Shown one piece after another: positions 46,979-56,189 of a DNA stretch of 56,485 nucleotides. Below the pieces are notes generated by a model. It worked only from the letters and a program-made list of their open reading frames with translations. It was not told the origin of the DNA and searched no databases. A program made the position numbers and the translations under genes. Within the stretch, counting starts at the first letter, position 1, and each line of letters opens with the position of its first letter. Origin of the DNA: a virus (lineage: Duplodnaviria > Caudoviricetes); IMG/VR virus record IMGVR_UViG_3300002988_000063, positions 1 to 56,485 of that record; one strand, given 5' to 3'.

Positions 46979-47143
46979 ATGAACGGAAATTCAAGGAAAA
47001 GTATCAGAGCAGAAATTGTAGGTCAGCGGGGCCGCATGGCGCAAATAAGAACTGTTGATGGAATGACAGGCAGCCTTCCGATCGAAGGAATAGCGCCGGG
47101 CCACTTAATAACAATCATAATCGAAAAAGGATCTTCTGCTTAA
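46979..47143 (+). CDS. Small beta-rich protein with its own promoter
   Basis: GAGAGGT RBS; TTGACT-N18-TATAAT at 46858..46887. Confidence 0.5.
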   Translation: MNGNSRKSIRAEIVGQRGRMAQIRTVDGMTGSLPIEGIAPGHLITIIIEKGSSA

Positions 47144-47180
47144 AGACGATCCCACATAATAAATAGCCGCCGTTTAATAC

Positions 47181-47226
47181 AAACCGCCGCTTTGATCTCT
47201 TAACCGAGGTCTTGCGGCGGTTTTTT
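47181..47226. terminator. Terminator between convergent genes
   Basis: AAACCGCCGC...GCGGCGGTTTTTT. Confidence 0.7.
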
Positions 47227-47671
47227 ATTTACCTTTGCGTTCTTTTGGTTTGGGATATATTGCGTCTAACTTTTTATGATATTCTTCTTGAAGCTTTGCA
47301 GCGGTGAGAAACTTTTCGCGGTGCTCCGGGTATTTATCGAAAAAGTTTAGAACTAAAACAAGAAACTCTTTTTCTTTTTCGGGATCGCCGGATTCCAAAT
47401 CAATAATACGATCGATTATTTGAACGAGCTCTTCGTTAGCCTTTCCGCTTATTTTAATAATCATCGGTCCCTCTCCGGTAAATAACCAGTGGACGCTGAT
47501 GTCAAAATGTGTGCGAAGCTTTTCGATCATATCGGCGTCCAGGGAAAGCTTAGCTTTTTCATATTTTGAATAATTTGATTGGTCAATGCCAAGTTTTTTT
47601 GCAATTTTTTCTTGACTCAAACCAAGCGTTTTTCTTAGTTCTTTCAGCCTTTCGTGAATCATAAAAAACAC
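47225..47671 (-). CDS. XRE-family repressor (cI-like, no S24 peptidase domain)
   Basis: RLKELRK.LGLSQ..IAKKLGI.QS.YS.YE; WLFTGEGPM. Confidence 0.9.
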   Translation of the reverse strand: MFFMIHERLKELRKTLGLSQEKIAKKLGIDQSNYSKYEKAKLSLDADMIEKLRTHFDISVHWLFTGEGPMIIKISGKANEELVQIIDRIIDLESGDPEKEKEFLVLVLNFFDKYPEHREKFLTAAKLQEEYHKKLDAIYPKPKERKGK

Positions 47672-47684
47672 ATCCTTTAAAAAA

Positions 47685-47756
47685 TAGTTAAAAATTACCT
47701 TGACATTTAGGTAAAATTTGACTATAATGGGAAATATAAAAGTTAATTTCTACCTA
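47685..47756 (+). promoter_or_regulatory. Genetic switch: consensus promoter with three 17-bp operators
   Basis: TTGACA-N17-TATAAT (47700..47728); TAGTTAAAAATTACCTT, TAGGTAAAATTTGACTA, AAGTTAATTTCTACCTA. Confidence 0.8.
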
Positions 47757-47809
47757 ACCAACAATTTAAATATAACACAAAATTAAAATTAAAGCAAGGA
47801 GAGAACAAA

Positions 47810-47986
47810 ATGGCAGAAATCAAAGTTCCTAAAACAATGGTTCTCGATTTTGAACGCATGGCCGGTCTTGGCAGGGCGCTTGAAACGAAAATCAACCAGG
47901 AGAATCCTAAAAGACTCGTTCCGGTAAGCGACGCCACGAAATATGTTACGGAACTTATTGAAAAGCACGTTGAGGAGGCCAGATAG
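47810..47986 (+). CDS. Small regulator in the Cro position (58 aa)
   Basis: AAGGAG RBS; MAEIKVPKTMVLDF...; divergent from the repressor. Confidence 0.65.
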   Translation: MAEIKVPKTMVLDFERMAGLGRALETKINQENPKRLVPVSDATKYVTELIEKHVEEAR

Positions 47987-47987
47987 T

Positions 47988-48122
47988 ATGACAGTAAAAA
48001 AACTTCAGGAGATCCTCGAGAAAAGATTCCCCGGCCTTAAAGTAACCATCGAAGAAAACGTGATCCAGATCGGCCAGATGAAAATAGATTACCCGAAAGC
48101 GAGAGCCCTGGCCAGATCGTAA
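47988..48122 (+). CDS. Hypothetical protein (44 aa)
   Basis: GAGGAGG RBS; MTVKKLQEILEKRFPG... Confidence 0.55.
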   Translation: MTVKKLQEILEKRFPGLKVTIEENVIQIGQMKIDYPKARALARS

Positions 48123-48152
48123 AAAACAAAATACAGACGCCCGATCGTCTCT

Positions 48153-48191
48153 AAACCGGTGTTAAGTCGAAAGATTTGCACCGGTTTTTTT
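48153..48191 (+). terminator. Early terminator
   Basis: AAACCGGTG...CACCGGTTTTTTT. Confidence 0.75.
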
Positions 48192-48207
48192 ATTTGTCGT
48201 AGCTTGT

Positions 48208-48226
48208 GACCTTTGAAAATTGAATA
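48208..48226 (+). promoter_or_regulatory. boxA-like antitermination element
   Basis: GACCTTTGAAAATTGAATA resembles rRNA-leader boxA (CTTTGAAAAnTGAA). Confidence 0.45.
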
Positions 48227-48238
48227 TAGAAACAATTA

Positions 48239-48311
48239 AGGGGCGTAGCCAAGCGATTAAGGCAGTAGATTTTGAATCTACCATGCGTTGGTTTAAATCC
48301 AACCGCCTCTG
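48239..48311 (+). tRNA. tRNA-Gln(TTG), phage-encoded, no CCA
   Basis: AGGGGCG/CGCCTCT acceptor; GTAGA-TTTTGAA-TCTAC anticodon arm; GTTGG-TTTAAAT-CCAAC T arm. Confidence 0.85.
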
Positions 48312-48444
48312 TTACCCGTAGCCGGACCGCTACGGCGAATCAACTCCTTATTCTACATTCCCGCGGCGCAGGTTTACCCCCGAGCGTCGCGGTCTTTTGA
48401 GCGCAAACCCCAAACATAAATCAAATTAATTTAGGAGGATCAGT

Positions 48445-48768
48445 ATGTTACATCTTAAAACCAAACTCGCGGAGAAACAACCTTACAAATGTGTTTTTTG
48501 CCAGCTCGCCGGCGAGGTCACAATGACAACGATGCGTCAGGAATTCAAAAACGAACAGGGCTTCGAGGTCAAGATGCCGTTTTGCGGCGCTCATAGCGAA
48601 TTATCACCGGACGTAATAATCGAAGCTATTAAACAGGCGTTCACACCGCCGCCGGATCCGCAGATGAATTTTGAAGACGCCGCGGATGATGACGAAGGCG
48701 AACAGGCCTCGCCGCCGGAAGAAACTAAAGCTCTGGCAATTCGTGGAAAAAGAGGTGGCCGCAAATGA
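48445..48768 (+). CDS. Hypothetical protein with CxxC...CxxH
   Basis: AGGAGG RBS; CVFC...CGAH. Confidence 0.65.
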   Translation: MLHLKTKLAEKQPYKCVFCQLAGEVTMTTMRQEFKNEQGFEVKMPFCGAHSELSPDVIIEAIKQAFTPPPDPQMNFEDAADDDEGEQASPPEETKALAIRGKRGGRK

Positions 48769-48938
48769 AAGTAGAAATCGAAGTCAATGACCTTGCGGAC
48801 CTCGTAGGCAATTCAAAGCTTTATGCTTATTACTCAAAGAAGATCACCGACATCACCGCCGTTGTAAAGTCATTCGAAGGCAGCAATAACATGCCGGCCG
48901 GTATCGAAGAAATTAAGAAGATCATCGAGAGGTTTTAA
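48765..48938 (+). CDS. Hypothetical protein (57 aa)
   Basis: ATGA coupling; fills the gap up to the helicase start. Confidence 0.6.
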   Translation: MKVEIEVNDLADLVGNSKLYAYYSKKITDITAVVKSFEGSNNMPAGIEEIKKIIERF

Positions 48939-48940
48939 AT

Positions 48941-50335
48941 ATGGGCCTGTATCCACATCAAGAATTAACGGTCAATTTAATAATGCGCGAGAAGCGCGCC
49001 GCGGTGTGGCTTGAAATGCGATTAGGTAAAACGCTATGTACTATTGAAGCTGCGAAGCGACTGGACTCCAAACGCTTTCTGGTGGTAGTCCCGAATTATC
49101 TAAAGGGCACCTGGCGCGACGAGTTCCAAAAATGGAGTCCCGGCACAGCCGTCGAGATCGTAGATGCCGCCGGCCGCGAGCGCGCATTAAAATCGGAAAC
49201 GTGGCCCAAGGTTATTAATTACGAAGGGTTCCGAATAGACTATAAACTAATTAAAAGCCTGAAGCCTGATATGGTAGTTTTCGACGAGTCACATTACCTG
49301 AAGGGCCGCACGGCCCGAGTGACTAAATGCGCTTGGGATTTAGGGAAATACACAGACACTCGAATCGTTTTAATGACGGGGACGCCGATCGGAAATCACT
49401 TCTCAGACTATTACGCACAATATAAGATACTTCGGCCGGATCTGTTTCCGACATTCACGCAATTCAAATATGATTATCTACACATGGGCGGATATATGGG
49501 ATATGAGGAAATCGAGCATCATAAAAATCCCGAGGTCCAGAAACTCATAGATGATAAACACGCCAAAATAAACGCTAAAATCGATTCATTCACAATACGT
49601 TTAAAGAAATCAGATTGCATCAAAGATCTTCCACCAAAGTTATACCAGACCATCGAGGCTGAAATGCCCGACGAGCTACGCGTTAAATACCAGACCATGG
49701 CCAAAGAGGCCGTAATGGAATTGGAAAACGCGAAAGCGATAACGGCGGATATGATCGTCACGCGGCTCATGCGCCTTCAACAAATCTGCTCCGGCTGGAT
49801 AGGCCATTTCGCCGATAATGATCCGGAACATAAAAAACCTTTAGTTCATGAGATATGTGCATCTCCGAAACTCGCACCGCTGATCGAGAAAATAAGTAAC
49901 GATAATCAGCAGTGTCTTATCTGGGCCCACTTCAAACACGACATCAAGAACATAGTCGAGGCACTGACTAAAGCTAAAATATCGGTAGCGACGATAAACG
50001 GCAGCGTCTGTGAAAACGATCGCGAGATAGCTAAACGCGACTTTCAGCAGGGCAAACTTATGTGCTTGGTCATACAGGATAGTATCGTGGCCGGCATGGA
50101 TCTGTCGAAAGCCACCGTCGTTCACTTTTATCAAAACTCGTATTCACATCTCCAGAGAACACAGGCCGAGGATCGCTGCCAAAGTATGACGCAGAAAAAC
50201 TCGGTGATCTATTATGACTGGATAACTAAAAACAGCATCGAAGAGCGCATATTACAGAAGTTAAGAGATAAGAAAAACCTGGCCGCCATCGTAGATAAAA
50301 ACGAATTAAGAGATATTTTCTTGGGAGGGAAATAA
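48941..50335 (+). CDS. SNF2-family phage helicase
   Basis: EMRLGKT, DESH, TGTP, QAEDR. Confidence 0.9.
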   Translation: MGLYPHQELTVNLIMREKRAAVWLEMRLGKTLCTIEAAKRLDSKRFLVVVPNYLKGTWRDEFQKWSPGTAVEIVDAAGRERALKSETWPKVINYEGFRIDYKLIKSLKPDMVVFDESHYLKGRTARVTKCAWDLGKYTDTRIVLMTGTPIGNHFSDYYAQYKILRPDLFPTFTQFKYDYLHMGGYMGYEEIEHHKNPEVQKLIDDKHAKINAKIDSFTIRLKKSDCIKDLPPKLYQTIEAEMPDELRVKYQTMAKEAVMELENAKAITADMIVTRLMRLQQICSGWIGHFADNDPEHKKPLVHEICASPKLAPLIEKISNDNQQCLIWAHFKHDIKNIVEALTKAKISVATINGSVCENDREIAKRDFQQGKLMCLVIQDSIVAGMDLSKATVVHFYQNSYSHLQRTQAEDRCQSMTQKNSVIYYDWITKNSIEERILQKLRDKKNLAAIVDKNELRDIFLGGK

Positions 50336-50745
50336 TGACAGAAGAAAAACAAATTACAATAAAAGACTTAGCTACCAAGTATAAAAAACTTCGCGATGAT
50401 AAGGATTATCATTCGGATGAAACAAAACGTCTGGAAAAAGAAATAAAAATAGCTGAAAAAGAATTGATAGACAAGATGCTCGAACAAGGACTTACGTCAT
50501 TCAAATCTAAAGAGATCGGAACGCTCGCCGCCTCAAATAAATTGGTAGCTAAAATAACGGATTTTATCAAATTCGCTCAATTTTTAAAAGATAACGGACA
50601 CGAACACTTAATAAAAACGGAAGTCAACTATATGACGCTCCAATCGTTCGCCAACGAGTTAGGCCCCGAGAGCGAATTGCTCAAAAAAGCTCACGAGAAC
50701 GGCCTCGATTACGAAGAACGCGCAACATTATCGTTAAGAAAATAA
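50335..50745 (+). CDS. Coiled-coil phage replication-module protein
   Basis: Typical composition and position before the SSB-like gene. Confidence 0.6.
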   Translation: MTEEKQITIKDLATKYKKLRDDKDYHSDETKRLEKEIKIAEKELIDKMLEQGLTSFKSKEIGTLAASNKLVAKITDFIKFAQFLKDNGHEHLIKTEVNYMTLQSFANELGPESELLKKAHENGLDYEERATLSLRK

Positions 50746-50763
50746 ATTCAGGAGGAAGTAAAA

Positions 50764-51495
50764 ATGATAAAAGAACTCGCAAAAGTAGATCAGAATAATA
50801 TGGTGGCTCTCTTCGGAGAAAAGTTCGGCCAGGATAACTCGATCATGGATACCGCGGACTACGTCAAACTCCCTAAGATCGAGATCCTCAAAGAGGTCGC
50901 GATGTTCAAAATGAACGGCGACGACAACGACGTCCAGAAAGAGATCACCGGCTACATCGTTGGCAAGACTACGGGGCGCGCGCACTGGGCCGGCCTCATA
51001 TCGGAACAGAAGACCGACGAAGAAAAGAAACCGGACTGCGTGAGCACCGACGGTAAGAGCGGTTCGAAGTATTCGACCAACTGCGAGAAATGCCCGCTGA
51101 ATTATCTTAACGTCAAAGACGCCGAGGCCAAAAAGACCGCCTGCAAATCAAGCCTTAATCTCTTTATCTACATCGAGGGCCGCGGCGATATGCCTTATCA
51201 CTTGAAAGCGTCGGCCACAAGCATAAAATATTGGACGCCGTTCGCACTTAACCTCGCCAGCAAATATGGAAAAGTTCCTCTCTGCGGCGTGAAAGTCAAA
51301 CTGACGCTGAAAAAGGAAATTAAGAATAACATGACGTATAGCACGGTCCAGTATGCCGACGCAGGCCTGGTCGAAACGCGCGAAGTGTACGAACGCAATA
51401 ATAAACTGGCCGCGACGTTCGCGACCGCGATGCACAAGAATATAGAAACGGCGGCGTCAACCGTAGCCGACGGCACAGAAGAGAATCCTTTCTAA
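50764..51495 (+). CDS. Putative ssDNA-binding protein
   Basis: PDC.S.DG...C..CP...ACK motif; acidic C-terminus EENPF. Confidence 0.65.
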   Translation: MIKELAKVDQNNMVALFGEKFGQDNSIMDTADYVKLPKIEILKEVAMFKMNGDDNDVQKEITGYIVGKTTGRAHWAGLISEQKTDEEKKPDCVSTDGKSGSKYSTNCEKCPLNYLNVKDAEAKKTACKSSLNLFIYIEGRGDMPYHLKASATSIKYWTPFALNLASKYGKVPLCGVKVKLTLKKEIKNNMTYSTVQYADAGLVETREVYERNNKLAATFATAMHKNIETAASTVADGTEENPF

Positions 51496-51537
51496 ATAAA
51501 ATCTCCGGGGCCTTCGGGCCTCGGCCCGAGGTGAACG

Positions 51538-51825
51538 ATGTTAGAGAAAGATATTCAGAAAAAGATATTAGCCTGGCTGAACGCGCAGCCGAGATGTCAC
51601 GCCGTAAAAATAAGCGCGAACCCATTCCAACGTAGCGGCATCAGCGACATCCTCGCGTGCACGGAAGGGCGGTTCATGGCCATAGAGGTAAAAAGACCCG
51701 GCGAAGAACCGACCGCCTTGCAGACAACGTTTATCGAACGCATAAAGGCATCCGGCGGCATAGCGTTCACTGCCACAAGTTTGGAACAAGTCAAGGTGAT
51801 GTTCGAATGTTCGTTGCGCCCATAG
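51538..51825 (+). CDS. VRR-NUC nuclease / resolvase
   Basis: EKDIQ...GISDI...IEVK.PG..PT.LQ. Confidence 0.9.
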   Translation: MLEKDIQKKILAWLNAQPRCHAVKISANPFQRSGISDILACTEGRFMAIEVKRPGEEPTALQTTFIERIKASGGIAFTATSLEQVKVMFECSLRP

Positions 51826-52121
51826 CCGAAACCGAAACGCAGAAACACGATGATTGCCATATCCAAGATCAGATCGGCAAGATGTATTTGAAGCTTCAAA
51901 CAGAAGGCTACTTCGGCGATTATAACGACTATTTAACGGCAAAATATGAAGAGGATATTCATAAGATGTACGTCGGTACACTGACCGGCGATAACACTAA
52001 AAAACAATGTTTCGACGCATTAAGAACGTTTTATGAATACTACAAAACGAAAGCAAATAAGATCGACCCGGACGCCGCAAGCCTCGAATATGTGCGGGAA
52101 AGGATGAGTAATGCTAAGTGA
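51807..52121 (+). CDS. Hypothetical protein
   Basis: AAGGTG RBS; overlaps both neighbours. Confidence 0.55.
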   Translation: MFVAPIAETETQKHDDCHIQDQIGKMYLKLQTEGYFGDYNDYLTAKYEEDIHKMYVGTLTGDNTKKQCFDALRTFYEYYKTKANKIDPDAASLEYVRERMSNAK

Positions 52122-54405
52122 ACTTTATCAGAAATACATAAAAAACGGCTACAAAGTTATACATTCCACCGGCTACTCATCTCGCAATGAGTTTCGCGAT
52201 CTTAAAAACGATATGGCCTATGCCATAGCTAAAAAACCCGTCGGAAACGCCTGGCAAAAGTCCGAGGGCAAAAGCCTCGATGCCTGTCAAAAATGGTTAG
52301 ACGAAGGTGGCTGGCTTGCGGTAGTAATGCCGGAATATTTAATGGCCGTTGACGTGGACGGGCATCCGTCGAAACAAAACTTATATTACGAGATCAATAA
52401 AAGATATAAGGGTAAATGTGGAATTCATAATACCAATAACGGGCGCCATTATGTCTATCTCGTTCCCAAAGATGAGATGGAAAAAATCAGATCTACGCCA
52501 AAAGCTATATCGAAATGCGGATTGCATTTAACTTATCGCGTCGGCGGTAAAAGCAATATCATCGTCGCGCCGACGCCCGGACGCAGCTGGGAAAACTTCT
52601 GTGAAAATTCCGAACTCATCGAGCTCCCGAAAGAATTTCGTCCAATAGATCTTAAAAACGTCGAAGAAATAAAAAAAGCTCTTGTCTTCCAATTAAAATG
52701 GGCTTACAAAAATAAAGATCTTCAAGGCAACGAACACATAGACATGATGTTCATGGGCGTTCTCGTTCGTAACCTTGGCTATGATCTTCCCACGGTGGAA
52801 GACATATTCGAAGACATATACGAGGGCGAATATAACGCAGGTCAAACAAAGGCTAATTTTGACCGTTCTAAAAATCTTGACCAGGCACAACGCGCAGGCG
52901 CGTTTTTTAAGATCCTCGAAGAAAGACATCTGGACAATATAAAGGATCTTTTAAGCGCTCTTCTAAGTCTGAAAGAAAACAAAACAAACGATAAACCCGC
53001 AAACAAGGCTTCTAAATTAAAAGAAATGACGAATGAAAGAGCCGAGGCATATTCATTACAAAATAATATCATCTGTCATAAATCAATATTTTATAAAAAG
53101 AATTCTGAAAAATTCTACGGTTTTTATGACGAGGCGAATTTAAGAACCGCCATGTCTAATCTTATGACTGTCGGCGAATTTGATAACAAAATCATTAATA
53201 ACGTTGTTTCGCTCATTAGAAATCGTAGGAACGTAAACGAGCTAATAGACGAAGGCAAGGCGTTCGTTGAATTTTTAATGAACGACGGCCGGATCTTCAA
53301 TACTCAAACAAAATCGCTTAGGGAATTAACGGATAAAGACTATTTCTTTTATAAGCTCAATGTGTCCTACAAACCAGAGGCTAAATGTCCGCGCTGGTTG
53401 AACTTCTTGAAAGAGATATTTCCGGAAAATACTCAAGACTATATCGACTTTCTTCAACGGTACGTCGGATATATATTCTATCCTCAGAATGTTCACGAAT
53501 TATGCCTCATACTCCGCGGCGATGGCGCCAATGGTAAAGGCGTATTCGTTGACGTAATAAAGCATCTTATCGGTGAACAAAACTACGATTCCGTTTCTAT
53601 GTCAAATCTTAAGGATCCTTACCTTATCCGACTTCAAAATAAACTTTTAAACGTATGCACTGAAATCGATAGTAAAATGTTTTTCAGCGAAGATGGGATA
53701 TTCAAACAGGTCGTTTCGGGTGATGATATAACAGCCAAAGGGCTATATAAGGATCCGATAAAATTCAGGCCGTTTTGTAAATTCATATTCAGCTCTAATA
53801 ATCCTGTCGTGTCGGCTGATAGATCCACCGGGTACGAAAGGCGTATAGCGTTCATTCATTTCGACGTTGATTTTAATCTCAGTCCTAACAAAGATCCATA
53901 TTTAAGACAAAAGTTATACGAAGAGGCCGACGGCATTTTTCTCTGGGCCATGGAAGGCCTTCAACAAGTGATGCAGAAAAAATCTTTGGTCATTCCACAA
54001 AGTCTCATTCGCCGAAGCCAGCGTGAGCACAATTTGAATAATCCCGTCTGGCAGTTCGCGAGTGAATACGTTTATTGGTCGAACGTAGAGCACGAAAAAG
54101 CTAAATGTCACGAACTTTACGAAGAATATACTAAATTCTGTAAATGGAATAATCTCGGCGATATGAAGCGTCAAACATTTGCAAGGCTATTCAGGGGAGT
54201 TATAAAGAAATCTAATCCAGGCGTTCTCGAAACCGAGGTTGATAAATTAACCGCATTCAAACACATGAGATTAAGGCCCGTTCCTTACGACGTGTTCAAA
54301 CGCTGTTTTAATCCGGAACTTGTCGTAAATCTCGGAGAGGTAAAATACAAGCCCGTTACGGAAATAACTTTAAGTGAACATTTAAAAACAAGGGAGCCGT
54401 TTTAA
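52111..54405 (+). CDS. Primase-helicase (Prim-Pol N-terminus plus P4/D5-type SF3 helicase)
   Basis: AVDVD, T..GRHY; CPRW..FL; GDGANGKG; FSSNN. Confidence 0.9.
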   Translation: MLSELYQKYIKNGYKVIHSTGYSSRNEFRDLKNDMAYAIAKKPVGNAWQKSEGKSLDACQKWLDEGGWLAVVMPEYLMAVDVDGHPSKQNLYYEINKRYKGKCGIHNTNNGRHYVYLVPKDEMEKIRSTPKAISKCGLHLTYRVGGKSNIIVAPTPGRSWENFCENSELIELPKEFRPIDLKNVEEIKKALVFQLKWAYKNKDLQGNEHIDMMFMGVLVRNLGYDLPTVEDIFEDIYEGEYNAGQTKANFDRSKNLDQAQRAGAFFKILEERHLDNIKDLLSALLSLKENKTNDKPANKASKLKEMTNERAEAYSLQNNIICHKSIFYKKNSEKFYGFYDEANLRTAMSNLMTVGEFDNKIINNVVSLIRNRRNVNELIDEGKAFVEFLMNDGRIFNTQTKSLRELTDKDYFFYKLNVSYKPEAKCPRWLNFLKEIFPENTQDYIDFLQRYVGYIFYPQNVHELCLILRGDGANGKGVFVDVIKHLIGEQNYDSVSMSNLKDPYLIRLQNKLLNVCTEIDSKMFFSEDGIFKQVVSGDDITAKGLYKDPIKFRPFCKFIFSSNNPVVSADRSTGYERRIAFIHFDVDFNLSPNKDPYLRQKLYEEADGIFLWAMEGLQQVMQKKSLVIPQSLIRRSQREHNLNNPVWQFASEYVYWSNVEHEKAKCHELYEEYTKFCKWNNLGDMKRQTFARLFRGVIKKSNPGVLETEVDKLTAFKHMRLRPVPYDVFKRCFNPELVVNLGEVKYKPVTEITLSEHLKTREPF

Positions 54406-54578
54406 TGAGAATAGAAGCAGACAGCGAAGAATTCAGCATTAATTTACCTAATGATTGGCAAATGACCGTGACAGTTAACGATCCGATTGATGAAAACATT
54501 CGATTTTATGTAAGAGGGCACTTCTTAAAAGCTTTCTCTTTCGAAGACTTCATAGGTCTCGTAAATGAAGCGGAGTGA
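54405..54578 (+). CDS. Hypothetical protein (57 aa)
   Basis: TAATG coupling; AGGGAG RBS. Confidence 0.55.
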   Translation: MRIEADSEEFSINLPNDWQMTVTVNDPIDENIRFYVRGHFLKAFSFEDFIGLVNEAE

Positions 54579-54584
54579 TGTTCA

Positions 54585-54773
54585 ATGGATTTTATAATAT
54601 GTATAGACTGTCAAACTATCACCGAACGCATAAACAACGTTCATAAGCGTTGCAAGCCGTGCGCCGAGATCGAGCGTAAAAAAAAGAATAAAGGATATCT
54701 CAAAAGGTTTTACGAAAAAAATCCTAATTACCACAAAAATAAAATGAACGAATATCGCGAAGGTGACCTATGA
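54585..54773 (+). CDS. Small Zn-finger protein
   Basis: CIDC...CKPC. Confidence 0.6.
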   Translation: MDFIICIDCQTITERINNVHKRCKPCAEIERKKKNKGYLKRFYEKNPNYHKNKMNEYREGDL

Positions 54774-54907
54774 AATATCTTAACCACTGCAAAACCTGCG
54801 GCACCGCCGAGACGAAAGCGGGCCCGCACAGTAATTTAATCGAACTGCACGACGGAAGCCATGTGTGCGTCGCGTGTATGTTGAAGAGGGCGGAGGAAAA
54901 GAAATGA
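54770..54907 (+). CDS. Small Zn-finger protein (45 aa)
   Basis: CKTC...CVAC; ATGA coupling. Confidence 0.55.
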   Translation: MKYLNHCKTCGTAETKAGPHSNLIELHDGSHVCVACMLKRAEEKK

Positions 54908-55077
54908 CAGACGGAATGGTCCAGGTATGCTGCGAATATCTTTACGAAGAATACATATTGCAGGGCGTTCCGGAGCGGAACTGGCCCGACCTGCATCAGC
55001 GGATCGCGAAGCAGGTGGACTTCGCGAAATGGATGGAACTGAAAATGGAGAGGGAAAAGAAAGAGGTTGAGAAATGA
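54904..55077 (+). CDS. Hypothetical protein
   Basis: GGAGG RBS; ATGA coupling. Confidence 0.5.
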   Translation: MTDGMVQVCCEYLYEEYILQGVPERNWPDLHQRIAKQVDFAKWMELKMEREKKEVEK

Positions 55078-55265
55078 ACAATAACAGCCATCCGGACGGC
55101 TATAAAAAGAAATATAAGTGCAAATGTTCGACCTGCAAGCGCGTGATCTATAAATGTCATCCGCCGGATGAACGGAACTACTGTTCGCAAAATTGTAATC
55201 AAGCTAATTGGATAAGGAGACAAAAATGCACAAAAATAACTGCTTCATCTGCAACGGCAAGGTAA
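55074..55265 (+). CDS. Small Zn-finger protein
   Basis: CSTC...YCSQNC. Confidence 0.55.
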   Translation: MNNNSHPDGYKKKYKCKCSTCKRVIYKCHPPDERNYCSQNCNQANWIRRQKCTKITASSATAR

Positions 55266-55329
55266 AAACATTAACGATCTGTAAGGACTGCGCGGCGAAG
55301 GTGCCGACGATAAGGACGGTGGGGAAATA

Positions 55330-55662
55330 GTGCCAACGACATATGTTTACGAGCCGGTATTAATCCCAACAGATAATACATTTATCGGCAAATCTGGAAT
55401 GACTACTGACGAAGCCATATTAATAAAAGATTGGGCGTTATTTAAAGCCAGAGACGCCGCCGGAACGCCGTATTATAATGAACATTTCTATACAACATCA
55501 GAGATCATAGCGGGGCCTCGCAGAGCGGAGCAGGAAAAATTAGAGAAGAACGCGCTAAAATATGAAGATTTAGACATGGTAAAAGTCTATTATTTCATAA
55601 CCGTTTTAGTTCTTCTTGTGATTATTTTCAAACAATGGATGAATAAAAATTCTTTTTATTAG
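55330..55662 (+). CDS. Hypothetical protein with C-terminal TM helix
   Basis: VYYFITVLVLLVIIF. Confidence 0.55.
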   Translation: MPTTYVYEPVLIPTDNTFIGKSGMTTDEAILIKDWALFKARDAAGTPYYNEHFYTTSEIIAGPRRAEQEKLEKNALKYEDLDMVKVYYFITVLVLLVIIFKQWMNKNSFY

Positions 55663-55672
55663 GAGAAACATA

Positions 55673-55864
55673 ATGAACTGCCCATACTGCGGTGAAGAAT
55701 TGGTTTATCACGACTATTACATGAAAGGCCATAACGGCCCGAAGGTCGGAGATATTTATAAATGCCCTTCGGTGTCGAACGGCGAAAAATGCGAAAGTCA
55801 GATATTTAACAGCTTTTTTTATACAGATATAAACGGTAACTTCAGAGAGGGTTATCCGTGTTAA
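55673..55864 (+). CDS. Small Cys-rich protein
   Basis: AGGAG RBS; CPYC...C...C. Confidence 0.65.
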   Translation: MNCPYCGEELVYHDYYMKGHNGPKVGDIYKCPSVSNGEKCESQIFNSFFYTDINGNFREGYPC

Positions 55865-55874
55865 GAAGGAAAGA

Positions 55875-56189
55875 ATGATAAAGAAAAACATAATCGAAAC
55901 GATGTATTGCGCCGCTTGCGAAAAAGAAATAATGTCAGTAAACGGCGTATTTGATCACAAAGACAAAGAAAGAATAAAAACGGAAAAGCTTTTATTTCAA
56001 TATGTTTCGGACACTTCGAAAAACATAATAGTTCAAATACATTTTGACGATCCCACTTTGATAGGTGCTAATCCAGGTGACCACGGGTTCTTATGCGACA
56101 GTTGCAAAGAAAAATATCTGCTTGAAATAGCGAGAAGAATACGAGAAAGGAACTTGCAATTTGAAGAAGACAACGAGGTATCAAAATGA
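55875..56189 (+). CDS. Zn-finger hypothetical protein
   Basis: CAAC...CDSC. Confidence 0.6.
   Translation: MIKKNIIETMYCAACEKEIMSVNGVFDHKDKERIKTEKLLFQYVSDTSKNIIVQIHFDDPTLIGANPGDHGFLCDSCKEKYLLEIARRIRERNLQFEEDNEVSK

Noticed and set aside
47743-47937. Minus-strand 64-aa ORF
   Set aside because: Antisense to the plus-strand Cro-position gene, which has a clear promoter and RBS.
48239-48311. tRNA-Gln as the right prophage boundary
   Set aside because: It does not match the left att sequence and phage genes continue on both sides.
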